Of a stretch of 64,000 nucleotides of DNA, positions 54,905-63,432 are shown one piece after another (the stretch's first letter is position 1; every line of letters starts with the position of its first letter). The stretch lies in the IMG/VR virus record IMGVR_UViG_3300045988_149625. One strand, written 5' to 3'. Source of the stretch: a virus. The notes beneath the pieces are model-generated. The model had not been told where the DNA came from, searched no databases, and saw only the letters and a list, made by a program, of their open reading frames with translations. A program made the position numbers and the translations under genes.

Positions 54905-55090
54905 ATGAATTACGTTATCTTTATTTTAATTCTATGTATGGCAGCTATTGTTATTCTTACATTTAAAGCGCACCTTTTTATAAGCGGCGTTTTTGCAGCA
55001 ATATGTTTGTATCGAATAATTTTTGAAGCTTTTTCAAAAATAAGTGTTGACAAACAGTTTGTAAGATGCTATAATAAACACATCAAATGA
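54905..55090 (+). CDS. small membrane protein
   Basis: 61 aa with two hydrophobic segments. RBS ataggaggttagaATG. Confidence 0.35.
   Translation: MNYVIFILILCMAAIVILTFKAHLFISGVFAAICLYRIIFEAFSKISVDKQFVRCYNKHIK
55047..55075 (+). promoter_or_regulatory. sigma-70-like promoter inside 3' end of preceding small ORF
   Basis: ttgaca at 55047-55052 and tgctataat ending at 55075. Confidence 0.4.
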
Positions 55091-55108
55091 AAGCGAGGTA
55101 ATTTAACA

Positions 55109-55576
55109 ATGAGAGCAGACACATTTATTATTGTAGATATTACTTTTAACGGAGCGCATGAAAGCCTTGACCTGCTTGATTATCTTGATTGGGATGAGTT
55201 GAAAGTAGACTTGAAACACATCTTTAATGTTAAGAATGTAGACGGAGTTGAAGGAGTTATTACAAAGACTTCCTTCGGCGATATGGGTGGTAATGTAACT
55301 CTTGAAAACGCTATGAACTTCTTGGAATATGCTTATGATAATTATGATACAGACCTTATCGACGCATTATTTTATGCGACACCTTATAACTTCCTTTGTT
55401 GGAGCTGCAATGACTTAGATTACGAGGTAAGACATTGCAAGTTTTATGGCAAAGATTTAATCTCTTATGTTTACGATGATGAAGCAAGAGTAAGTAGTAG
55501 CTTGCGTAATAAGGTGTACAATGAAATTGCTGAAAACGTAGAGGAAACGCCTTGGGGGTACATTGATATTGAATAA
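55109..55576 (+). CDS. hypothetical acidic protein
   Basis: 155 aa, D/E-rich. RBS gaggtaatttaacaATG. Confidence 0.4.
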   Translation: MRADTFIIVDITFNGAHESLDLLDYLDWDELKVDLKHIFNVKNVDGVEGVITKTSFGDMGGNVTLENAMNFLEYAYDNYDTDLIDALFYATPYNFLCWSCNDLDYEVRHCKFYGKDLISYVYDDEARVSSSLRNKVYNEIAENVEETPWGYIDIE

Positions 55577-55729
55577 ATTATTGTTGGCTATATACTTTGT
55601 GTTTATTTTATTGACTTCCCAAATCTCTCTGTGGATGATTTACCACGGAGAGTATTTGGTAGGAGCATTTTATATACCTTTTATCCTTTTCGGTATTTAT
55701 GATTTTGTAGAAGAATTGGGGGAATTAAA

Positions 55730-55969
55730 TTGAAAAACGACGTTAAAGAGAAAGCATTTTTGAAACTTCATCATAGCTTGCTTGCTTTAGAACGTGCTTA
55801 CCAGGTGCGCAGGAACTATAAAGCAGCTGGAAAGACTGATACACCCATGTATAGAGGAAATGAAGCAGCAATCTCCAAAAGACTTATTGAAATTAATTGT
55901 TTAATGGAACTTTTTGATTTAAACCTTAAAAATCATTTGGAGTTGTTATACGATATGTACAATGATTAG
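55730..55969 (+). CDS. hypothetical small protein
   Basis: TTG start after ttgggggaattaaa. Confidence 0.3.
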   Translation: MKNDVKEKAFLKLHHSLLALERAYQVRRNYKAAGKTDTPMYRGNEAAISKRLIEINCLMELFDLNLKNHLELLYDMYND

Positions 55970-56025
55970 AACTTATGCGGTAATTATTTTACCGCATTTT
56001 TTCTTGCAAATTTATAAAAAAGTGC

Positions 56026-56054
56026 TTGACAGTATGCAAAAACTATGGTATTAT
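56026..56054 (+). promoter_or_regulatory. sigma-70-like promoter (AAAAGTGCTTGACA-N17-TATTAT)
   Basis: ttgaca at 56026-56031 and tattat at 56049-56054. Confidence 0.45.
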
Positions 56055-56112
56055 ATAGTCAAGGTAGTTAAAGGAAATAAACGTGCTACCAATTACATAA
56101 GGAGGCTATTAA

Positions 56113-56340
56113 ATGAAAACGAAGCAGAACAAAAAGCACATTGTAAACGTGCAGAGTGAAAGACAGATGATTCCAATTAAATCTAAAATTGAGAACGAAT
56201 TGCACAGTTATGTACTAATAGATAAAAGCAATGCAATTATTGTAAGAGGACGTGAGGACAAAATAGAATACACTATTATTGATAGCGGAAGAATTGCTTA
56301 CACACAATCAAGATATAGAGAAGTATGGGATAATGAATGA
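56113..56340 (+). CDS. hypothetical small protein (paralogue of 56428-56640)
   Basis: MKTKQNKKHIVN... versus MKRRQTKKHIVE.... RBS aaggaggctattaaATG. Confidence 0.4.
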   Translation: MKTKQNKKHIVNVQSERQMIPIKSKIENELHSYVLIDKSNAIIVRGREDKIEYTIIDSGRIAYTQSRYREVWDNE

Positions 56341-56427
56341 ACTTTTATCGGTACTACCGCTTCGGCGGTGGTACTCATTAAGAGCTTATTAAACTCTTAA
56401 ACTTAATAATTAGGAGGCGCAAAACAA

Positions 56428-56640
56428 ATGAAAAGACGACAAACTAAAAAGCACATTGTAGAACCAGAAAAAATAGGCTACAAAAAACAAAGTAGCAGCA
56501 GCGGCTATATTATCAAAAAGTACACACGCATGTATAACTGCTATCGAGGGGATTATACAGTAATAGTTAGTAACTACGCTACACTTAATGTCCTGCATTT
56601 ATACGGCAATCATGCAGATGTACATTTATACCGCTATTAA
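56428..56640 (+). CDS. hypothetical small protein (paralogue of 56113-56340)
   Basis: RBS ttaggaggcgcaaaacaaATG. Shared N-terminus. Confidence 0.4.
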   Translation: MKRRQTKKHIVEPEKIGYKKQSSSSGYIIKKYTRMYNCYRGDYTVIVSNYATLNVLHLYGNHADVHLYRY

Positions 56641-56660
56641 AGGAGGGGAGGCTATAAGAA

Positions 56661-56828
56661 ATGAAAGTAGTTTTAATGAAGGGTAATAGAGCTGTAATAA
56701 GTTATAAAGTATCTATGCTAAAGTCTATTAAATTTGATAATGATAACTTAATGTACATAGTGGAATTTAATGACGGCAGGAAACACCTTATTTCCGCATA
56801 TAACCATTATTTTGATTTTGTGGATTGA
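56661..56828 (+). CDS. small protein (55 aa), not in the ORF track
   Basis: RBS aaaggaggggagg then ATG. MKVVLMKGNRAVISYKVSMLKSIKFDNDNLMYIVEFNDGRKHLISAYNHYFDFVD. Confidence 0.35.
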   Translation: MKVVLMKGNRAVISYKVSMLKSIKFDNDNLMYIVEFNDGRKHLISAYNHYFDFVD

Positions 56829-56864
56829 CAAGCAGCGAAAAGTATTGTATAATCATTGTATAAT
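56825..56864 (+). promoter_or_regulatory. sigma-70-like promoter with tandemly duplicated -10 (cattgtataat x2)
   Basis: ttgaca at 56825-56830. tgtataat at 56846-56853 and again at 56857-56864. Confidence 0.4.
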
Positions 56865-56884
56865 CATTTTAGGAGGTATGAAAC

Positions 56885-57148
56885 ATGGCAAGACCAATTA
56901 ACAGTAAGAACAAAACACAAGGAAAGAAAATCTTTTTAACCCTGGCTGACGGCTCTAATTTATGGCAAGTTAGCATGACTTATACAGGAGGACACTTCTG
57001 TGTAACACACTACTTTGACGGCTTTCCAGATAAGCAGGAACGTTTGAAGCAAGCAGAAGCTTTAAAGCTTTTGCAAGACTTTTCAGATTTTGGAATTAAG
57101 GATATTCCTACACTGAAAAATTTCTTCAAAGTACGTGAAAAATGCTAA
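56885..57148 (+). CDS. hypothetical small protein
   Basis: RBS taggaggtatgaaacATG. Confidence 0.4.
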   Translation: MARPINSKNKTQGKKIFLTLADGSNLWQVSMTYTGGHFCVTHYFDGFPDKQERLKQAEALKLLQDFSDFGIKDIPTLKNFFKVREKC

Positions 57149-57212
57149 TTGTGTTTTTGGGGGCGCATTGAAATTTTGAAAAAAAAAATTGCTAGAATCA
57201 TAAATAAGTCAT

Positions 57213-57240
57213 TGACAAGTGTGTCAATTACTGTTATAAT
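57213..57240 (+). promoter_or_regulatory. sigma-70-like promoter
   Basis: ttgaca at 57213-57218 and tgttataat ending at 57240. Confidence 0.45.
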
Positions 57241-57286
57241 ATAGTCAAGTTAAGGGAATAAACTGAATACAGAGGAGGAAACAACG

Positions 57287-57514
57287 ATGTTGCAATAAAT
57301 TAAAAATAATGTTTATAATGCGGAAATAGTAGTAAGCGACGGCGAAAATCGCTACGCAGTATTCGAGCCAGATTGGAACGGCGAATATTGGGAAGCAATA
57401 CTTTGCACGGAAAGCGGCAACATTGTCAAAGGTAAAACTGTAAGATTGTTCCCAGTGCAGGAGTACAATGAAGAACATGATGTATGGGAAATAGTTGGTT
57501 ATGAAGTTAGATAA
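57287..57514 (+). pseudogene. small early ORF with in-frame TAA at codon 4 (ATG TTG CAA TAA then 72 open codons)
   Basis: Strong promoter and RBS (agaggagga) then ATG at 57287. In-frame TAA at 57296-57298. The frame stays open to a TAA at 57512-57514 (IKNNVYNAEIVVSDGENRYAVFEPDWNGEYWEAILCTESGNIVKGKTVRLFPVQEYNEEHDVWEIVGYEVR). No alternative canonical start in frame. Confidence 0.4.
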
Positions 57515-57578
57515 TGCCTAGCTATAAACCACCACCACCACAGCGCAAGCAGTGCTATTACGAAAGGAGAGAGAAAAC

Positions 57579-57800
57579 ATGAAATATTATTATATTGAAC
57601 GTATCAACACACAGGACGGCAGCCGTAATGGGTTCTATATCCAAAAGGCAGCTAATCTAGAAAAAGTCCTTTTTGCCTTTGACGAGGGCGAAAGCGACGG
57701 CGGCTTATACGCACCGCATATTGCCGAAATCACTGAAGCAGAATTTAATAATTTTCCGCATTTTATTCCCCAAAATTGGGTATATGGAATGGAGAACTGA
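57579..57800 (+). CDS. hypothetical small protein
   Basis: RBS gaaaggagagagaaaacATG (MKYYYIERINTQDG...). Confidence 0.4.
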   Translation: MKYYYIERINTQDGSRNGFYIQKAANLEKVLFAFDEGESDGGLYAPHIAEITEAEFNNFPHFIPQNWVYGMEN

Positions 57801-57818
57801 TATTTTATATAAAAAGTG

Positions 57819-57848
57819 CTTGACTTATTCATGGAAGTATGCTACAAT
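57819..57848 (+). promoter_or_regulatory. sigma-70-like promoter
   Basis: aaaaagtgcttgact and tacaat at 57843-57848. Confidence 0.4.
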
Positions 57849-57897
57849 ATAATCAAGGTTAGAGATAACCTACAATAAAGAAAAGGGGTAATTTAAC

Positions 57898-58449
57898 ATG
57901 AAAAACGATTACAAGAAAATTCAAGAGAAAATTGAGAAGGCTGTTGTAAAGCATCTTGATAGCGTAGTGACAAACACTGTTGAGCGCAATTCAATCTTAT
58001 ACAGTGATTATAATGAGTATGTACTTATGACCGCTTTTAACCACCAGGAATATTTCATTCCGAAAGATGAAGTGGTAGATTCAACAGTAATTGCTTATGG
58101 ACAGAAGGACATTGATTCTATGGTCGGCTTGACTGATAGGGTTATGAAGCAAGCAACGTGTGTATTGAAATACTTAGGTGTATATAAAGGCTACAAAAAA
58201 GAATACGTTCTGTTTGAAGGCGAAAATGATAATGGTTCTTACATGGTAGCTATTGACAAGAAAAACATTGCAGCTATTAAATATGATACAGTTTATGGCA
58301 GCGGTTCTAAACAGCCTGCATTATTTTATAATGAAGGTATTCCAGTGCTTTTGCAAGCTCCGTGTGTTTTGTCAAAAGAGAACTTAGAGGATATTAATGA
58401 AGATTTAAAGCATCTTAGAGCTATTAAACATTTCAAAATTAAACTGTAA
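57898..58449 (+). CDS. hypothetical protein
   Basis: 183 aa. RBS aaaaggggtaatttaacATG. Confidence 0.4.
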   Translation: MKNDYKKIQEKIEKAVVKHLDSVVTNTVERNSILYSDYNEYVLMTAFNHQEYFIPKDEVVDSTVIAYGQKDIDSMVGLTDRVMKQATCVLKYLGVYKGYKKEYVLFEGENDNGSYMVAIDKKNIAAIKYDTVYGSGSKQPALFYNEGIPVLLQAPCVLSKENLEDINEDLKHLRAIKHFKIKL

Positions 58450-58528
58450 TATTATTGGAGAGTAGTATATACTACTCTCTTTTCTTTTTGGGGCGATATT
58501 TTCAGAATATTAAATCACGAAAAAGTAG

Positions 58529-58557
58529 TTGACAGTGCTCTTATAGCATGGTATAAT
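58529..58557 (+). promoter_or_regulatory. sigma-70-like promoter
   Basis: ttgaca at 58529-58534 and tggtataat ending at 58557. Confidence 0.45.
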
Positions 58558-58591
58558 ATAACCAACAAAGGGGCAAGGGGGTAAATTAGAA

Positions 58592-58834
58592 ATGAAAACT
58601 TTTAAATTAAACAATCGTAGGCCTTTGGCAACGCTTTCCTTATCTGCATTTTATGCTTTAGGAATCTTTGACACAAATGATGTACAGTGTGACGAAGTAT
58701 TAGTTGCATTTTATAATGATGAAGAACGTGGGAAGCTGACATGGTGTAAGCTTTACGAAAATGCGGAAGGTGATGTCTTTTTTAAAAAATTCGGAAAAAG
58801 ATATTACTTAAAAGATTTTTTAAAAACACCTTGA
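58592..58834 (+). CDS. hypothetical small protein
   Basis: RBS aaggggcaagggggtaaattagaaATG. Confidence 0.4.
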   Translation: MKTFKLNNRRPLATLSLSAFYALGIFDTNDVQCDEVLVAFYNDEERGKLTWCKLYENAEGDVFFKKFGKRYYLKDFLKTP

Positions 58835-58859
58835 CAGTTATCAAAAACTATGCTATAAT
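58831..58859 (+). promoter_or_regulatory. sigma-70-like promoter
   Basis: ttgaca at 58831-58836 and tgctataat ending at 58859. Confidence 0.45.
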
Positions 58860-58891
58860 GAATACAACAAATGAAAGTGAGGTACTTAAAC

Positions 58892-59248
58892 ATGAATGAA
58901 AAAGAGATTTTAAAGATTTTGCAAGAAACACAAGATTTTGATTATGAAAATCTTGTAAAAGTATGGAACTCATATTGTGAGGAAAGAGGTTATCTTGAAA
59001 ACAAAATCTATAAGAACACTGTAGAAAATCTTGTAGCTTTGCTGCCCGAAAATCCGTTAGATGCGTTCTTAATGGGGCAATATGTAGGCGATACATATTT
59101 TCAAACTGATATGTGGTTGGCTGTTGACGAAAATAACAATGTATTCTCATTAACAGATGATATGTTGCTGGATAGTGCAATAAATATTTATAATTTGGCA
59201 ATCTATATTGCTAATTTTAATGCGGATAAACAGAGAGAGAAATTTTAG
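58892..59248 (+). CDS. hypothetical protein
   Basis: RBS aagtgaggtacttaaacATG. Internal start relative to the ORF track. Confidence 0.4.
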   Translation: MNEKEILKILQETQDFDYENLVKVWNSYCEERGYLENKIYKNTVENLVALLPENPLDAFLMGQYVGDTYFQTDMWLAVDENNNVFSLTDDMLLDSAINIYNLAIYIANFNADKQREKF

Positions 59249-59274
59249 ACGAATTATTTTAAGGAGGCTGTATT

Positions 59275-59709
59275 ATGTGGTTTGAAGTAATTGTGAAAGA
59301 TGCTGAAAAGGAAATTAAGCTTTCCTTGCCGTGTGATGAGCAGGAATTAAAAGACAGCTATACTATTGTAAGCTGTGAAAATAGCTGGGATTATGAGAAT
59401 GCGGATTTGACTTTGAAAGAGCTGAATAATCTTGCGCAAGATTTGCAAGATATTGAGGATAACGGCGATGAAGATTGGCTTGAAGCTTATATTGAAGCTA
59501 CTGGCTGTGATTTAAATATTGCCGTTGATAAATATGATACATCGACTTTTTATCATGATATGAGCTTGGTAGACGTTGCATATGATATTGTAGAAGAGTG
59601 TTACAACCTGCCAGAGAACTTAGAGCGTTATTTTGATTATGAAGCTTTTGCAAGAGATTTGGAGATTGAAGGTTATACAGAAACATACTATGGAACTATT
59701 TTAGTTTAA
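59275..59709 (+). CDS. hypothetical highly acidic protein (possible DNA-mimic/anti-defence candidate)
   Basis: 144 aa, D/E-rich throughout. RBS aaggaggctgtattATG. Confidence 0.4.
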   Translation: MWFEVIVKDAEKEIKLSLPCDEQELKDSYTIVSCENSWDYENADLTLKELNNLAQDLQDIEDNGDEDWLEAYIEATGCDLNIAVDKYDTSTFYHDMSLVDVAYDIVEECYNLPENLERYFDYEAFARDLEIEGYTETYYGTILV

Positions 59710-59781
59710 TAACTTGTGTATATTTGCAGGGTACAAATTTTGTGCCTTGCAGAAGTTATATAAATTATTTATGAAAAACAC

Positions 59782-59810
59782 TTGACAGTGTGTTGTTTAT
59801 ATGGTAATAT
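59782..59810 (+). promoter_or_regulatory. sigma-70-like promoter
   Basis: ttgaca at 59782-59787 and tggtaatat ending at 59810. Confidence 0.45.
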
Positions 59811-59841
59811 ATAACTAACGAAAGGTAAGGAGGTAATAATC

Positions 59842-60228
59842 ATGTTATTCGATTTTTATTATGGTGAAGCAGAAAAAATGTCACCTACTGTTTATGAAGG
59901 TTTACCTATTTACAGTGAATCTGACTTAATTTCCCTCATTAGAGAGAAGTGCGATGATGATTTGGCAGAAGCTGTACAGCGTTATGTAGACTCTTTGAAG
60001 GCACAAGCAGCACCTGCACCGCAACAAAAAGACAGTGATGAGGACGCTTATTTGGCAATGTTGGAAAGTCGCTGCACACAATTACAAGATGTAGAAGAGG
60101 AAATTAGAGATATAGAAGATATTCTCTTTGACCAACTTTATAATCAAAAACGTACTAATAGAAAAGCTTTAGAAAAAGCTTGCGATAGCCTGGGCGACTT
60201 GCGGGAAAGTATTCACGAAAGTTTATAA
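59842..60228 (+). CDS. hypothetical acidic protein
   Basis: 128 aa. RBS aaggtaaggaggtaataatcATG. Confidence 0.4.
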   Translation: MLFDFYYGEAEKMSPTVYEGLPIYSESDLISLIREKCDDDLAEAVQRYVDSLKAQAAPAPQQKDSDEDAYLAMLESRCTQLQDVEEEIRDIEDILFDQLYNQKRTNRKALEKACDSLGDLRESIHESL

Positions 60229-60237
60229 AAAAAATAG

Positions 60238-60266
60238 TTGACAAACAATTCATTGTATAGTAAAAT
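60238..60266 (+). promoter_or_regulatory. sigma-70-like promoter
   Basis: ttgaca at 60238-60243 and taaaat at 60261-60266. Confidence 0.4.
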
Positions 60267-60298
60267 ATAAACAACGAAAGACAAGGAGGACAATAAAC

Positions 60299-60580
60299 AT
60301 GACAATTTTTGAAGAAAGATTAATGGGTTTTGTGCTTGAAGGTGTTTCCTTTGAAGATTTCCCGCTTAGCGATATTAAGGTAATTTGTACCGATGTTTAT
60401 GGAAATCGTACAATCGTGCTTGTTGGCGATTATGGTAAATCTACATTTGCTTGCAAGCCTGCTTTTTCGGACATATGGTTAATTTCGTATGACTGTATGG
60501 AAGGTGAAACAGAAAATTATGTAGAAGCTGTTCTTCACAGGATTTTGGCTACACACGGAAAAACTTTTAAATATCTGTAA
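60299..60580 (+). CDS. hypothetical small protein
   Basis: RBS aaggaggacaataaacATG. Confidence 0.4.
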   Translation: MTIFEERLMGFVLEGVSFEDFPLSDIKVICTDVYGNRTIVLVGDYGKSTFACKPAFSDIWLISYDCMEGETENYVEAVLHRILATHGKTFKYL

Positions 60581-60588
60581 AAAAGTGC

Positions 60589-60617
60589 TTGACAACTTGT
60601 TGGCTATATGTTATTAT
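60589..60617 (+). promoter_or_regulatory. sigma-70-like promoter (AAAAGTGCTTGACAA...)
   Basis: ttgaca at 60589-60594 and tgttattat ending at 60617. Confidence 0.45.
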
Positions 60618-60648
60618 ATAGCCAACAAGATAAAAGGGGGTACTAAAC

Positions 60649-60942
60649 ATGTACACAAGAAGAATAATTATAGTCGACAACGGATTTGCCCATGCACTTA
60701 TGGGCAAGGATATTGACAAAGTTGTTGCAGGCTTGCAGGAGGCTGCAAAACAAATCGGCTTTGCAGCAAGCTTTGATGCAAGCTTTGCAAAGGTCAATTT
60801 CTGGGGGCAACACTACTCTAAAGAGCGTCAAGTGCTTTATCCCTTTGACGTTAGATTTTTCAATGGTGTTGAGAATATCCGTATCTATGGAAAAAGCAAT
60901 GAAAAAAACATCATTGAAGAAGTAAAAATTATAACTTTTTAG
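60649..60942 (+). CDS. hypothetical small protein
   Basis: RBS aaagggggtactaaacATG. Confidence 0.4.
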   Translation: MYTRRIIIVDNGFAHALMGKDIDKVVAGLQEAAKQIGFAASFDASFAKVNFWGQHYSKERQVLYPFDVRFFNGVENIRIYGKSNEKNIIEEVKIITF

Positions 60943-60971
60943 TTGACATTGCCTAAAAAGTATGATATTAT
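60943..60971 (+). promoter_or_regulatory. sigma-70-like promoter
   Basis: ttgaca at 60943-60948 and tgatattat ending at 60971. Confidence 0.4.
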
Positions 60972-60996
60972 AGATACAACAAAGGGAGGTAATAAA

Positions 60997-61287
60997 ATGA
61001 AAATTTTCGATTGGCAAGATATTCCGATGATTGGTAAGAACGTATATGACGTGTTTGATGAGCTTTTTTACCGCTCCGAAAAAGCAGGTATGGAAACACA
61101 AGATAACAACGTCATTATGGACGTTGCAATTTTAAATACATACCTTTGGAATTGTCTTTACACTGAAGCTCCAAAGGATAAATTGGTAGACTTCCAGATT
61201 GACTTTTTTGACGGCGAACAAGGTGTTATCCTTTATGGAAAATGTCATTATGTTGGCGGCAAGATTGAATCGGTAAAAATTGGATAA
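60997..61287 (+). CDS. hypothetical small protein
   Basis: RBS aaagggaggtaataaaATG (MKIFDWQDIPMIGK...). Confidence 0.4.
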   Translation: MKIFDWQDIPMIGKNVYDVFDELFYRSEKAGMETQDNNVIMDVAILNTYLWNCLYTEAPKDKLVDFQIDFFDGEQGVILYGKCHYVGGKIESVKIG

Positions 61288-61295
61288 AAAAGTGC

Positions 61296-61324
61296 TTGAC
61301 AATTAATTAAGCATGTGTTATAAT
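61296..61324 (+). promoter_or_regulatory. sigma-70-like promoter (AAAAGTGCTTGACAA...)
   Basis: ttgaca at 61296-61301 and tgtgttataat ending at 61324. Confidence 0.45.
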
Positions 61325-61357
61325 ATGTACAACAAAAGAAATTGGAGGTAATTTAAC

Positions 61358-61600
61358 ATGATTAAAGATTTTAATTACAAAGGTGCTGCAAAGTTGGCGG
61401 TATGCGAATTTCTTGGCAATGACATTAACGGCAATGGTCGTTACAGAGTTGTTGTTATCATTGATAACAAGGTGTACACGGCAAGCGGTAAAGGTTATTA
61501 CCGCAGTTATGAAACATCTAACGGCGATACCTTGCGTGATGTAAAAGTTGCAATCCGCCGCATGAAGGGCGGCAATTATCGCCTGGACGATTTAGAATAA
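61358..61600 (+). CDS. hypothetical small protein
   Basis: RBS ggaggtaatttaacATG. Confidence 0.4.
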   Translation: MIKDFNYKGAAKLAVCEFLGNDINGNGRYRVVVIIDNKVYTASGKGYYRSYETSNGDTLRDVKVAIRRMKGGNYRLDDLE

Positions 61601-61607
61601 AATTTTG

Positions 61608-61637
61608 AACTCCCCGTTATGGGGAGTTTTCTTTTTG
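61608..61637 (+). terminator. rho-independent terminator
   Basis: aactcccc-gttat-ggggagtt then ttctttttg. Confidence 0.55.
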
Positions 61638-61650
61638 TTAAAGATATTGC

Positions 61651-61712
61651 CAGCGCGCCCAGATTTGGCTTATAAGCGTCTGAAATGTAAAATAGGTATA
61701 AATATATGCGTA
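61651..61712 (+). repeat. conserved ~60-bp intergenic element, copy B (cagatttggcttataagcgt...ataggtataaat)
   Basis: See copy A at 51092-51150. Same context: after a terminator and before a promoter. Confidence 0.6.
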
Positions 61713-61792
61713 AACGAAAAAAGCTGCTTAGAACGCAAATATGGACGTGTGACAAGGTTTTCAATTTTTTTAAAAAATTTGGGGAAAAGTAG

Positions 61793-61821
61793 TTGACAAC
61801 TTATGTATGTTATGGTACTAT
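61793..61821 (+). promoter_or_regulatory. sigma-70-like promoter
   Basis: ttgaca at 61793-61798 and tggtactat ending at 61821. Confidence 0.45.
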
Positions 61822-61867
61822 ATACATGTAGCAAGGATAGAGCTACAAACAAAGGAGGTAACAATCA

Positions 61868-62104
61868 ATGGAACAAAATGTAAAAATCTTTATGCAAGAT
61901 AATTGCACAAAAGCAGAAGCTGAACACTATATCAAGAATGGCAGCGAAGTAGTCAATGTTGCCGATTGGGAACAGTATGCAAAAGATAATGACGTGCGCA
62001 ATGAGGATGGCGAATACATCACGCTTGATGATTTGCGTGGGGAAAGAGATATTTCCTTTGTCCAATTTGAGGGGCAAGAATACATCTTGTTGTATGTTTT
62101 GTAA
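61868..62104 (+). CDS. hypothetical small protein
   Basis: RBS aaggaggtaacaatcaATG. Confidence 0.4.
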   Translation: MEQNVKIFMQDNCTKAEAEHYIKNGSEVVNVADWEQYAKDNDVRNEDGEYITLDDLRGERDISFVQFEGQEYILLYVL

Positions 62105-62116
62105 GGAGGTAATAAA

Positions 62117-62407
62117 ATGTTTGTAACGTGTGAAGAACTGAATAAGAGCTTGACTGTAAGTGTTCGTTTTTTCAAGGAGGGAAATTGGACACCAGATGAG
62201 AGTAACGATTTGCTTTCCGACATGTCTACTTATGACGGAGCGGACATTTCCGCAGAATATTTTGAAAACTTAAAAGTGTTCTTGGAATCTGAAGAAGATA
62301 CTCTCCAACGTGGCGGCCGCTCTGATGATTGGTTGAGTAACATGACTTTGGATGAACTAGGTTTTGAAGGCATTAATATTGATATTGTAGAAGATGAGCT
62401 TGAATAA
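62117..62407 (+). CDS. hypothetical highly acidic small protein
   Basis: 96 aa, D/E-rich. RBS aaggaggtaataaaATG. Confidence 0.4.
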   Translation: MFVTCEELNKSLTVSVRFFKEGNWTPDESNDLLSDMSTYDGADISAEYFENLKVFLESEEDTLQRGGRSDDWLSNMTLDELGFEGINIDIVEDELE

Positions 62408-62433
62408 TTTTTCCATAAAACTTCAAAAAGTAT

Positions 62434-62462
62434 TTGACAACTTGCAAGGTAAATGCTATAAT
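62434..62462 (+). promoter_or_regulatory. sigma-70-like promoter
   Basis: ttgaca at 62434-62439 and gctataat ending at 62462. Confidence 0.45.
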
Positions 62463-62525
62463 ATAATCAAAGAGCAGGGGAAAACAAAATTTCCCCTGCC
62501 AAACAAAACAAAGGAGTTGTATAAC

Positions 62526-62924
62526 ATGCAAGTAAACATTGTAAAAACTATTGAAAAAATTGAAGGTCTGAAATTTCGTTCTACCTGGCAAAAAGCCGTA
62601 AAAGAGGACGCAAGCTGGTTGCTTTGGGAACTCATGGACGGACGCTATGATGATATTGTAGAGGATGTTATGACTTTTAAAAACATTGAAGGCTTTGAAC
62701 GTGCTTTGCGTAACGGCGCTGAAACATGGAAAGACTTCTCTGAAGGCGGCAGCGCACTTATCTCTGATGAAGATATTGCTAAACATTATTGCACGGCAAG
62801 CGAATTGAAAAAGACTCACAACGGCGAAAAAGCTCCAAATAGTAGAGAGAACTGGCTTGATGTACAAGCAAGAGCATTTTGGCAAGCTGCTTTACTGGTC
62901 AAACAAAATTTAGTAACTGAATAA
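62526..62924 (+). CDS. hypothetical protein
   Basis: RBS aaaggag then ATG at 62526 (MQVNIVKTIEK...). Confidence 0.4.
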   Translation: MQVNIVKTIEKIEGLKFRSTWQKAVKEDASWLLWELMDGRYDDIVEDVMTFKNIEGFERALRNGAETWKDFSEGGSALISDEDIAKHYCTASELKKTHNGEKAPNSRENWLDVQARAFWQAALLVKQNLVTE

Positions 62925-62928
62925 TCCT

Positions 62929-62961
62929 AAAGCTCCTCCTTGTTGTGGAGCTTTTCTTTTT
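62929..62961 (+). terminator. rho-independent terminator
   Basis: aaagctcc-tccttgttgt-ggagcttt then tctttttcc. Confidence 0.5.
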
Positions 62962-63022
62962 CCGGCGGCAGGATGTTCCACGTGAAACATTAGAAAAAAC
63001 TTGCAATTTTTATAAAAAAGTG

Positions 63023-63051
63023 TTGACAAAGTGCGGTAAAGCTGCTATAAT
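63023..63051 (+). promoter_or_regulatory. sigma-70-like promoter
   Basis: ttgaca at 63023-63028 and gctataat ending at 63051. Confidence 0.45.
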
Positions 63052-63100
63052 AAAAGCATAGACAAACAGTCTAATAAATAAGGAAAGAGGTAATTTAACA

Positions 63101-63370
63101 ATGAAAAAAGCAACTGAAATTAAGGAACATTATTTTGAGGTGTTGGCTAAAGCGCAGCCGTTTATGTGGGGCTTGCCTATGGAGATTGAGCAAAATCTCA
63201 AAAAATTTAACGAACAATTTGACAAGCTTGTAGAAAAAGAACTTGCTGCTGAATGTGAAAGATACTATTGGAAAGATTGGGTACAAGAGGCAAAAACGCT
63301 CGCATGGGTACTTAATAGGGACGTATACAAAGATTGTGAAAAACTTTATCAAGAGAGTCACAAGGAATAA
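63101..63370 (+). CDS. hypothetical small protein
   Basis: RBS aaagaggtaatttaacaATG. Confidence 0.4.
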   Translation: MKKATEIKEHYFEVLAKAQPFMWGLPMEIEQNLKKFNEQFDKLVEKELAAECERYYWKDWVQEAKTLAWVLNRDVYKDCEKLYQESHKE

Positions 63371-63376
63371 AAAATA

Positions 63377-63409
63377 ATGCGCTTACTTTTGTAGGCGCAT
63401 TTTCTTTTT
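63377..63409 (+). terminator. rho-independent terminator
   Basis: atgcgc-ttacttttgtag-gcgcat then tttcttttt. Confidence 0.5.
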
Positions 63410-63432
63410 ACCGCAATTTTTGAAAAAAGATG

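Noticed and set aside
55962-56159. 65-aa ORF overlapping the 56026-56054 promoter and the start of the next gene
   Set aside because: No RBS. It overlaps a strong promoter and the 5' end of a well-supported gene in another frame.
61605-61796. 63-aa + strand ORF spanning the terminator, repeat copy B and the next promoter
   Set aside because: It covers regulatory DNA (terminator, conserved element, promoter), has no RBS, and its product is low-complexity.
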